A stretch of DNA of 64,000 bases, from positions 19,365 through 83,364 of the forward strand of contig JAFGVC010000061.1 in NCBI GenBank assembly GCA_016938195.1, written 5' to 3'. A program made the translations under genes and the position numbers. This document shows, piece by piece, positions 31,174 through 39,348 of the stretch. The first letter of the stretch is position 1. Each line of letters begins with the position of its first letter. This stretch comes from Tissierellales bacterium. GTDB lineage: Bacteria > Bacillota > Clostridia > Tissierellales > Dethiosulfatibacteraceae. The notes beneath the pieces are model-generated. The model was not told the DNA's origin, made no database searches, and saw only the letters and a program-made list of their open reading frames with translations.

Positions 31174-32964
31174 ATGGCTTTATATAGATCACATGTGCTG
31201 GTTTGTGGAGGAACAGGTTGTAATTCTTCAAAATCAGATATGATCAGACAAAGATTTGAAGAGAAAATTATTGAAATGGGACTGGATAAAGAGGTTCAGG
31301 TTATTAGCACAGGCTGTTTTGGCTTATGTGAGGAAGGACCGATAGTGGTCATCTATCCTGAGGGTGCTTTTTATTCAAGGATGAAAATTGACCGCGTAGA
31401 CAGGATTGTTGAAGAGCATTTATTTAAAGGAAGAATTGTTAAAGAATATCTTTATGAAGAGAGCTTAGACAAAGATAAGCTCAAATCTCTTAATGAAGTT
31501 GATTTTTATAGCAAACAAAAAAGAGTAGCTCTCAGAAATTGTGGTGTCATTAACCCTGAGGATATCAGCGAATATATTGCAAGAGATGGATATTTAGCGT
31601 TAGGAAAAGTATTGACGGAAATGACACCTGTAGATGTTATTCAGGTGATGAAGGATTCAGGCTTAAGAGGAAGAGGTGGCGGAGGATTTCATACCGGATT
31701 AAAATGGGGTTTTGCCGCACCAAATCAAGCGGATCAAAAATATGTCATCTGCAATGCTGATGAAGGAGATCCCGGAGCTTTTATGGATAGAAGCGTACTG
31801 GAAGGAGACCCTCATGCCGTATTGGAAGCGATGGCTATTGCGGGTTATGCCATTGGAGCGACAAAAGGTTTTATATATGTTCGTGCAGAATACCCGATAG
31901 CAGTCAAGAGACTTGAAATAGCAATAGGTCAGGCTAAAGAAATGGGATTGCTTGGCAAAAATATATTTGATTCGGGTTTTGATTTTGAAATTGAGATAAG
32001 ATTAGGCGCAGGAGCTTTTGTGTGTGGCGAAGAAACGGCTTTAATCGCTTCCATAGAGGGTCAAAGAGGAATGCCGAGGAATAAGCCACCGTTTCCTGCT
32101 ATTAAAGGATTATTTGGAAAACCGACTATTATAAACAATGTAGAAACATTAGCCAATGTTCCACAAATTATTATTAATGGGGCTGACTGGTTTAGATCCT
32201 TTGGAAGTGAAAAATCTCCCGGAACGAAAGTTTTCGCTTTGGGTGGCAAAATAAACAATACTGGACTTGTTGAAATTCCAATGGGTACAACTCTTAGAGA
32301 AGTTATTTATGATATTGGTGGCGGGTGTCCTAACGGAAAAGCATTTAAGGCGGTACAAACCGGAGGTCCCTCCGGTGGATGTATCACGGCTGATTATATT
32401 GATACAAAAATTGACTTCGATACACTGACTGATCTAGGCTCTATGATGGGCTCAGGCGGAATGATTGTTATGGATGAAGACAACTGCATGGTAGATATTG
32501 CTAGATTTTTCCTTGAATTCACCGTTGAGGAATCCTGTGGAAAGTGTACACCTTGTAGAGAAGGAACGAAGAGAATGTTGGAAATTCTTGATCTTATAAC
32601 ACAAGGGAAGGCTACCTTAGAGGATTTAGACAAACTTGAAAAGCTTGCGATTAACATTAAAAACACAGCATTATGCGGACTTGGACAAACGGCGCCTAAC
32701 CCCGTTTTATCAACTATGAGATATTTCAGGGAAGAGTATGAAGCACATGTATTAGAAAAGAGATGTCCCGCGGGCGTGTGTAAATCACTTCTGAGCTATT
32801 ATATTACAGAAGACTGCAGAGGATGTACGAAATGTGCAAAGCAGTGTCCTGTCAATTGTATTGAAGGTTCAGTGAAAAAATTGCATATAATCGATCAGGA
32901 TAAATGTATTAAATGTGGTGCTTGCATGGAAGCTTGTCCATTTGATTCGATTATCATTAAGTAG
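31174..32964 (+). CDS. hndC: NuoF-like NAD(P)H/FMN/Fe-S subunit (HndC/HydB)
   Basis: N-terminal Trx-like 2Fe-2S (VCGGTGC...GCFGLC), GRGGGGFHTGLKW, NADEGDPGAFMDR and ESCGKCTPCREG, plus two C-terminal 4Fe-4S motifs. Confidence 0.95.
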   Translation: MALYRSHVLVCGGTGCNSSKSDMIRQRFEEKIIEMGLDKEVQVISTGCFGLCEEGPIVVIYPEGAFYSRMKIDRVDRIVEEHLFKGRIVKEYLYEESLDKDKLKSLNEVDFYSKQKRVALRNCGVINPEDISEYIARDGYLALGKVLTEMTPVDVIQVMKDSGLRGRGGGGFHTGLKWGFAAPNQADQKYVICNADEGDPGAFMDRSVLEGDPHAVLEAMAIAGYAIGATKGFIYVRAEYPIAVKRLEIAIGQAKEMGLLGKNIFDSGFDFEIEIRLGAGAFVCGEETALIASIEGQRGMPRNKPPFPAIKGLFGKPTIINNVETLANVPQIIINGADWFRSFGSEKSPGTKVFALGGKINNTGLVEIPMGTTLREVIYDIGGGCPNGKAFKAVQTGGPSGGCITADYIDTKIDFDTLTDLGSMMGSGGMIVMDEDNCMVDIARFFLEFTVEESCGKCTPCREGTKRMLEILDLITQGKATLEDLDKLEKLAINIKNTALCGLGQTAPNPVLSTMRYFREEYEAHVLEKRCPAGVCKSLLSYYITEDCRGCTKCAKQCPVNCIEGSVKKLHIIDQDKCIKCGACMEACPFDSIIIK

Positions 32965-32980
32965 GAAGGTAGGTATACGA

Positions 32981-34786
32981 GTGGAAAAAGTTAATGTTAC
33001 TATAAATGGCAAAAAGATTTCTGTTCCTAGTGATTACACGGTGCTCTTTGCTGCAAGAGAAGCAGGCATTGATATTCCAACACTATGCTATTTAAAGGAT
33101 ATCAATGAAATAGCAGCCTGTAGACTTTGCGTCGTTGAAGTGGATATCAAAGGAAGACCTATGAGAAATCTTCCGGCATCATGTGTGTTGAAGGTTGAAG
33201 AAGGCATGAATATACGCACGAACACATCACGTGTTAGAGAGGCCGTTAGAACAAATCTCGAATTGATTTTAGCCAATCATAATAGAGAATGTTTGACATG
33301 CTTTAGGAATGGAACTTGTGAGCTTCAAAAGCTTTGTGATGAAATGGGTGTTGATGATATTGCTTATGAAGGAGAGAAACGAAGACCCATACTTGATCAA
33401 GTTTCTATGTCCATTGTAAGAGATTCAAGTAAATGTATTTTATGTGGTCGATGTGTCAATATGTGTAAGCAAGTTCAAGGCATAGGAATACTTGATTTTA
33501 CAAGACGTGGATTTGAAACCGAAATAGCACCGGCATTTGATTTCTCAATGGCCGATTCACCATGTGTTTATTGTGGTCAATGTATACAGGCTTGTCCGGT
33601 AGCTGCTTTAAGAGAAAGAACTAATATAGATGATGTATGGGATGCCCTTGAAGATCCTGAAAAATTTGTTGTTGTTCAAACAGCTCCCGCAGTTAGAGCT
33701 TCATTAGGAGAAGAGTTTGGCATGCCCGTAGGAACAAGAGTTACGGGTAAGATGGTAGCTGCGCTTAGAAGATTAGGATTTGATAAGGTTTTTGATACAG
33801 ACTTTACAGCGGATTTGACTATATTAGAAGAAGGTACAGAGCTTTTAGGAAGAATTAAAAATGGTGGAAAGCTACCCATGATTACATCTTGTTCACCGGG
33901 GTGGATTCGTTATTGCGAGACATTTTATCCTGAATTTGTTGAAAATTTATCATCTTGCAAGTCTCCTCAGCAAATGTTTGGAGCTATTGCAAAGTCTTAT
34001 TATGCTAAAAAAATAGGTATAGATCCTAAAAATATGGTTGTAGTGTCAATCATGCCATGTATTGCTAAAAAGACTGAAGCTAATAGACTGGAGATGCAAG
34101 TTGATGGTATTAGAGATGTAGATTTTTCATTAACTACTAGAGAATTGGGTAATATGATTAAGCAAGGTCGAGTAGATTTTAAAAAATTATCAGATGAAAA
34201 TTTTGATTTGATATTGGGCGAGTATTCTGGCGCTGGCGTTATATTTGGAGCAACGGGTGGTGTAATGGAAGCCGCTTTAAGAACTGTTGCCGATGTTTTG
34301 ACAGGTCAGGACCTTGAAAATATTGAATATCATGTCGTCAGAGGATTGGACGGTGTCAAGGAAGCTAGTGTTGTTTTACCAGTGGATGGTGTTGATACTG
34401 AAATTAAAGTTGCTGTCGCTCATGGTACAAAAAATGCAGCGAAGGTATTAGATGCGGTTAAGGCGGGAGAGAAGAGCTATCACTTTATTGAAATCATGGC
34501 ATGCCCAGGAGGATGTGTTCATGGTGGTGGTCAATCGCATGTTTCTGCAAAGGAACGATTGGATGTTAATCCTAAGGTCAGCCGAGCTAATGCATTGTAT
34601 GCTGAGGATGCGATTATGGTTAATCGTAAGTCACATAAAAACCCTGAAATTTCAAAACTATATGCAGAATTTCTTGTGGAGCCTAACGGTCATCTTTCAC
34701 ACAAACTTCTGCACACTCATTATAAAGTCAAGAAACAATATCAAATAGAAAATCAAGATGATTTTGAAGAATTGATTAGAAAGTAA
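32981..34786 (+). CDS. hndD: [FeFe]-hydrogenase catalytic subunit (HndD/HydA) with variant L1 motif
   Basis: The GTG start follows GGAAGGTAGG. The N-terminal part carries 2Fe-2S, His-ligated and two 4Fe-4S motifs. The H-domain aligns colinearly with CpI: L2 is MPCIAKKTE and L3 is EIMACPGGCVHGGG. L1 reads TSCSPGW. Confidence 0.95.
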   Translation: MEKVNVTINGKKISVPSDYTVLFAAREAGIDIPTLCYLKDINEIAACRLCVVEVDIKGRPMRNLPASCVLKVEEGMNIRTNTSRVREAVRTNLELILANHNRECLTCFRNGTCELQKLCDEMGVDDIAYEGEKRRPILDQVSMSIVRDSSKCILCGRCVNMCKQVQGIGILDFTRRGFETEIAPAFDFSMADSPCVYCGQCIQACPVAALRERTNIDDVWDALEDPEKFVVVQTAPAVRASLGEEFGMPVGTRVTGKMVAALRRLGFDKVFDTDFTADLTILEEGTELLGRIKNGGKLPMITSCSPGWIRYCETFYPEFVENLSSCKSPQQMFGAIAKSYYAKKIGIDPKNMVVVSIMPCIAKKTEANRLEMQVDGIRDVDFSLTTRELGNMIKQGRVDFKKLSDENFDLILGEYSGAGVIFGATGGVMEAALRTVADVLTGQDLENIEYHVVRGLDGVKEASVVLPVDGVDTEIKVAVAHGTKNAAKVLDAVKAGEKSYHFIEIMACPGGCVHGGGQSHVSAKERLDVNPKVSRANALYAEDAIMVNRKSHKNPEISKLYAEFLVEPNGHLSHKLLHTHYKVKKQYQIENQDDFEELIRK

Positions 34787-34847
34787 TATTAGCAATAAGG
34801 GTATTATCATTTAATACCATAATAACCAAAATCTTATCAATAAACTG

Positions 34848-34871
34848 AGCCCGTTCATTACGGGCTTTTTT
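34848..34871 (+). terminator. intrinsic terminator after the hydrogenase operon
   Basis: AGCCCG-TTCATTA-CGGGCT followed by TTTTT. Confidence 0.8.
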
Positions 34872-35064
34872 CCGTTTTAGAAGACTTCATATGCTGCAAT
34901 ATATGATATCTTCGACGAACTGTAGGTAGAACACTATTTATGTTAAGAGCTTGTTATGATATAATAAAATTCACTCAGAAATTTAATTTCACTGCTATAA
35001 ATGTTTACTAATGAGAGCATAACTAATATAATAGCTTGAGATAATAATTTTCATCAGGATATTA

Positions 35065-35080
35065 CGTTCCACGTGGAACA
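35065..35080. promoter_or_regulatory. parS centromere-like site
   Basis: CGTTCCACGTGGAACA versus the consensus TGTTNCACGTGNAACA. GTTCCACGTGGAAC is a perfect 14-bp palindrome. The site is intergenic. Confidence 0.7.
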
Positions 35081-35143
35081 TCATCGCAATATATTTGAGA
35101 TTAATAAATTGATTGCTTCAATAAAGCGAATTAGGGGATAAAA

Positions 35144-36217
35144 TTGTTGAAAAAGATAGTAACAATTTTTATTATATGCATAATATTGTTGTCAGCCTAT
35201 TTTTATTTCAATATAGGCGTTGACGAAATTAAATATTGGATAAGCGGTAGCGGTACAATTAGTTTAACTGAAGAAAAGAGCATACCGCTTGAAGATTTCA
35301 AAGGAAAAATTATTTTAAAAGATAGCATCTTCTATAGAATCCATGAAAACATTTTAGAAGCCTATGGATATGATGGTATTTTGCAAGCAAGAAGAGAATT
35401 CGAGTCATTAATAGACAGGCTATTTCTAGGGAGAAATTCCTATGTAAAGACAGTGGACAATAAATTATATTCGGCATTCAATGAAGAAGAAATAATGTTT
35501 ACACTCACAGATAAAGTTGTACTTGGAATTTCTGAAAATAAATACAGTCTGGTTGCTAGCTCAAATCTTGAGGGAACTCAAAATTATCTAGACATATATG
35601 ATATAAATCTTGTTCCTAAAACAACGATTAGTTTTGAGGGGGAGAGATTAATTGATTATCAACAATCCATGCATTCGAATGGGATTATTGTTACGACCTT
35701 CAACTATTTAGGATCAACAGTCACTGCGCATATAAGAGAGGTATTATTAGAGGGCAGCTACCAGGTTTGGATTACAGACTTACCCGGCGAGCTAGCCATG
35801 TTTATTAAATTACAGAAAGATGGTCTTTACGCAGTCACCAATCTAAATCTTTACAAACTCAATAGCAATGGCAAAATACTCTGGCAATATAGCGGATTTG
35901 ATAAAATTAAAGATTTTGAAATCATTGAAAACCAAATTTACATATTGTCTGGAGGTGCCGAAACTGAGCTGCATATCATATCATCCGAGGGCAAGCTGAA
36001 AAATAAAATTACAACGACGGATATTTATAATCAAATACTACCTTTTGAAAAAGGAATTATTCTCTCAGGAAGACAAGATATCGCCTATTTACATAGAGAT
36101 AAAATTGATTCCATCTTATATTCCCCAGAACTGATTCAACATGTTTATGTTGAAGGAGATAGATTGCGGATATTGTTTCAAAATAAATTATCTTCTTATA
36201 AAATTAAGATTAAATGA
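35144..36217 (+). CDS. hypothetical membrane-anchored protein (N-terminal TM, repeat-rich extracytoplasmic domain)
   Basis: TTG start with a single N-terminal TM helix (IVTIFIICIILLSAYFYF). The remainder has beta-strand-rich composition. No catalytic motif recognised. Confidence 0.5.
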   Translation: MLKKIVTIFIICIILLSAYFYFNIGVDEIKYWISGSGTISLTEEKSIPLEDFKGKIILKDSIFYRIHENILEAYGYDGILQARREFESLIDRLFLGRNSYVKTVDNKLYSAFNEEEIMFTLTDKVVLGISENKYSLVASSNLEGTQNYLDIYDINLVPKTTISFEGERLIDYQQSMHSNGIIVTTFNYLGSTVTAHIREVLLEGSYQVWITDLPGELAMFIKLQKDGLYAVTNLNLYKLNSNGKILWQYSGFDKIKDFEIIENQIYILSGGAETELHIISSEGKLKNKITTTDIYNQILPFEKGIILSGRQDIAYLHRDKIDSILYSPELIQHVYVEGDRLRILFQNKLSSYKIKIK

Positions 36218-36223
36218 GGTGAA

Positions 36224-36940
36224 GTGATGAATTATAACATGATTGATATTATTTTAGTTGTATTTGCCCTCTTATTTGTAGTGAATGGATTTAGACGCGG
36301 CTTTATTATGTCGTTATTTAATTTAATTGGTACAATTATAGCATTTTTTGCTGCTCTAAAGTTCACGTATGTTGTGCAAACAGTGTTTCTAAATCAGACT
36401 AATATTTTCGAATTTATTTATAAAAATATTGTCACAAGGGTATCGTCGATGATGGAGCTGATACCGGTAAAAGGTCTTAATCTGGAAACAATATTCAAAG
36501 GTTATAGCAAGCTCCCCTTTGACATTCAAAAAATGTTAGATGAGTACTTAATCAAAAGCAATATTTTAATTAGCCCGGTTAATTATTCAGATGTCCTTGC
36601 AGAAAAAATCACGGGGATTATAATATACGCTTTAAGCTTCATTGTTACTTTTTTGGTGGCCTATTTGCTCCTAATGATTGTTGCAGGCATTTTAAACACA
36701 CTATTCAAGGCACCCATATTAAACTTGGCTAATAGATTTTTAGGCGGTGTTCTCGGACTTGGAAAAGCGGTCGTTATCATCTATATTATTTTTGCATTAG
36801 CATCTCCCTTCATCGTCATTTCGGAAAAATCAAACCCATTGACAACGGCTATTATTGAATCGAAAGCGAGCGAAGTTTTTCTGGAGAATAATATTATTTT
36901 AAATTATCTTTCCTATAAAGGGGTTGTTATCAATCAATAG
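36224..36940 (+). CDS. cvpA: CvpA-family membrane protein
   Basis: N-terminal IDIILVVFALLFVVNGFRRGFI is typical of CvpA. There are 4-5 TM helices. Confidence 0.8.
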   Translation: MMNYNMIDIILVVFALLFVVNGFRRGFIMSLFNLIGTIIAFFAALKFTYVVQTVFLNQTNIFEFIYKNIVTRVSSMMELIPVKGLNLETIFKGYSKLPFDIQKMLDEYLIKSNILISPVNYSDVLAEKITGIIIYALSFIVTFLVAYLLLMIVAGILNTLFKAPILNLANRFLGGVLGLGKAVVIIYIIFALASPFIVISEKSNPLTTAIIESKASEVFLENNIILNYLSYKGVVINQ

Positions 36941-37027
36941 TTTGAATAATAGCACTTACAGAATGAATTAAAGAAATAATGATAGATATACAGCAAAAAT
37001 ACTAATTTAATTTGAGGTTGAGGTTCA

Positions 37028-37237
37028 ATGGATGAAAAATTGATGGTCGGGGATATTATTAAATTGAAGAAAAAACATCCTTGCGGCGGATATGAATGGG
37101 AAGTATTGCGAATTGGTACTGATTTTAAAATAAGATGTACAACCTGTGATCGCGAGGTATGGCTTCCGAGAAGAGAAGTTTTGAGAAGGATGACAAAAGT
37201 ATCGAGCAGAAAAGAGAGTGGTGAATTGAATGAATAG
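37028..37237 (+). CDS. DUF951-family small protein (YyzM-like)
   Basis: VGDIIKLKKKHPCGGYEWEVLRIGTDFKIRCTTCDREVWLPR is the DUF951 signature with its CxxC-type pairs. Confidence 0.85.
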   Translation: MDEKLMVGDIIKLKKKHPCGGYEWEVLRIGTDFKIRCTTCDREVWLPRREVLRRMTKVSSRKESGELNE

Positions 37238-38489
37238 TATTGCATTAATTGGAATGATGGGAAGCGGTAAAAGCACGCTTGGGAAAATGCTCTCTGAAAA
37301 AACCGGGATGCTTTTTTATTGTTCGGATGAGTATATTGAAAATGAAAATAAAATGAGTATCCCCGAGATCTTCAAAAAAGAGGGGGAATCGTATTTTAGA
37401 CGACTTGAGCATGAAGCTATCAAGGAGCTATCGATTAAAAAGAACATTATTTTATCTACAGGAGGAGGCGTAGTACTCAATCCTGAAAACATTGCGTGCT
37501 TGAAAAAAAATCATTTTACGATTATCTATTTGAATAGAAGCATGGATCATATTATGAAAGATATTACTATTGAAAATAGGCCACTTCTAGATAAAGGAGC
37601 CGATCAAATTTATGAAATATATAATCAAAGAGAAGGCTTGTATAAAAAACATTGTGACATGATGATCAATAATGATTCCAATTTAAATGAAGCAGTAGAT
37701 AAAATTATCAATATATTGAGCATTGGTGTGAAGGATATATTATTTGGAGGAGAAAAATTGTTAATATGTATTCCTCTGGTTTCAAAAGAAACAGACAGTC
37801 TAATAAACGACGCAAAAAAGGCATTAAAAGTTCAGCCGGATTTAATTGAGTGGCGTGTCGATTATTTCAATGAAATTGAGAAAGAGGAAATTATCCTTAA
37901 TCTTAAACTTCTAAGAGAGGTTATTGGGAGCACACCTGTTATATTTACTTTTAGAAGTCAATCAGAAGGTGGTCTCAGTAAGCTAAGTGAAGAAGAAAGA
38001 ATTAAAATCATAACCACTGTTATCGCATCAAGACTAATTGACCTAGTTGACATTGAAATGTCGAGTGGAAAACCTTTCATTGAAACAATCAAGGAAGAAG
38101 CACGCAAGCATGATGTGAAAATGATTTTATCTTATCATAACTTTGATATGACGCCATCTCAAAGTTTTATGATTGAAAAATTCAAAGAAGCGGAAGCATT
38201 AGGGGCAGATGTTGCAAAAATAGCCGTGATGCCAGTAAAGAATGAGGATGTCCTACAATTGATGGTCAGTACCTTGCAAGCAAGCAAAGTATTAAATATT
38301 CCTATGATAGCGATGTCAATGGGGCAAAAAGGAATGATTACGAGAATAGCCGGGAAATTGTTTGGCTCTGATTTGACCTTTGCCTGCATGGATGATGCAT
38401 CAGCACCAGGTCAAATTAAAGTTGAAAACCTAAGACAAGTGCTAAGCTTCATGACAGGGGAGTCTGAGGAGGAGAAAGAAAGTGATTGA
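37230..38489 (+). CDS. bifunctional shikimate kinase / type I 3-dehydroquinate dehydratase (AroK-AroD fusion)
   Basis: Residues 1-165 carry Walker A GMMGSGKST, GGGVV and RPLL. Residues about 175-419 carry EWRVDYF, TFRSQSEGG, SYHNFDMTP, the Schiff-base Lys in VAKIAVMP, and SAPGQ. Confidence 0.88.
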   Translation: MNSIALIGMMGSGKSTLGKMLSEKTGMLFYCSDEYIENENKMSIPEIFKKEGESYFRRLEHEAIKELSIKKNIILSTGGGVVLNPENIACLKKNHFTIIYLNRSMDHIMKDITIENRPLLDKGADQIYEIYNQREGLYKKHCDMMINNDSNLNEAVDKIINILSIGVKDILFGGEKLLICIPLVSKETDSLINDAKKALKVQPDLIEWRVDYFNEIEKEEIILNLKLLREVIGSTPVIFTFRSQSEGGLSKLSEEERIKIITTVIASRLIDLVDIEMSSGKPFIETIKEEARKHDVKMILSYHNFDMTPSQSFMIEKFKEAEALGADVAKIAVMPVKNEDVLQLMVSTLQASKVLNIPMIAMSMGQKGMITRIAGKLFGSDLTFACMDDASAPGQIKVENLRQVLSFMTGESEEEKESD

Positions 38490-39348
38490 CACTAAAACAA
38501 AATTAGTGGCATTGTTGGGAAACCCACTAGGACACAGCTTTTCTCATCGCATGCACAATGAAAATTTTAAAAGAATGGGTTTGAATTATTACTATCTGCC
38601 TATTGAAGTTAAAAAAGAAGATATCGGCGAACTCATCATTGGAATGAAAAAAATGAACTTCGTGGGATTCAATGTTACTATTCCAAATAAAATTGAAATA
38701 ATTCGGTATTTGGATGAAATTGACCCATTGGCATATAAAATTGGAGCTGTCAACACAGTTAAGATAACAAATGGGAAACTGAAGGGATATAATACGGATG
38801 GTGATGGGTTTATCGATTCTCTTGAAAAAGAAGGGAAAATAATATGTGATCAAAATACTTTTTTTATTATAGGTGCAGGTGGCGCAAGTAGAGCGATTGC
38901 TATGACACTGGCAGAACGTAGGATAAAGAAAATATATATTGCCAATAGGACATTGGATCGTGCTAACGATTTGTGTGAAGACATTAATAAAAAAATAAGA
39001 GATTGTACTACGCCGATGACACTGGAGGATAAAAATATTCAAGAAATAATTAATCAAACAACGGTGCTTATTAATACGACGAGTGTGGGCATGTTTCCAT
39101 CGACTAATGAGACGCCCATTGACACAACACAATTAAAAAATAGTGTTACAGTTGCAGATATTGTTTACAATCCTCCTGAAACCAAGCTTATAAGAGAAGC
39201 AAAGGCAATAGGCTGCCCGGTTGTATCAGGAATCGGTATGTTCATCAATCAAGGGGCAAGAGCTTTTGAAATATGGACAGGTATGCAAGCGCCGATATTG
39301 GAAATGAGAAAAAGCGTGGAGAGAATGATTATTGAACGTCAGCAATAA
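38482..39348 (+). CDS. aroE: shikimate dehydrogenase
   Basis: GNPLGHSFSHRMHN, NVTIPNK, NTDGDGF, GAGGASRA. Confidence 0.93.
   Translation: MIDTKTKLVALLGNPLGHSFSHRMHNENFKRMGLNYYYLPIEVKKEDIGELIIGMKKMNFVGFNVTIPNKIEIIRYLDEIDPLAYKIGAVNTVKITNGKLKGYNTDGDGFIDSLEKEGKIICDQNTFFIIGAGGASRAIAMTLAERRIKKIYIANRTLDRANDLCEDINKKIRDCTTPMTLEDKNIQEIINQTTVLINTTSVGMFPSTNETPIDTTQLKNSVTVADIVYNPPETKLIREAKAIGCPVVSGIGMFINQGARAFEIWTGMQAPILEMRKSVERMIIERQQ

Noticed and set aside
36934-37276. 103-aa and 83-aa minus-strand ORFs overlapping the DUF951 gene
   Set aside because: The plus-strand 69-aa frame carries the conserved DUF951 signature and an SD. The minus frames have neither.
38527-39132. 201-aa minus-strand ORF antisense to aroE
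   Set aside because: It lies entirely inside a well-supported CDS (aroE motifs are present). Its composition is Cys/His/Phe/Ile-rich and low in complexity, typical of an antisense frame in A+T-rich DNA. It has no SD.
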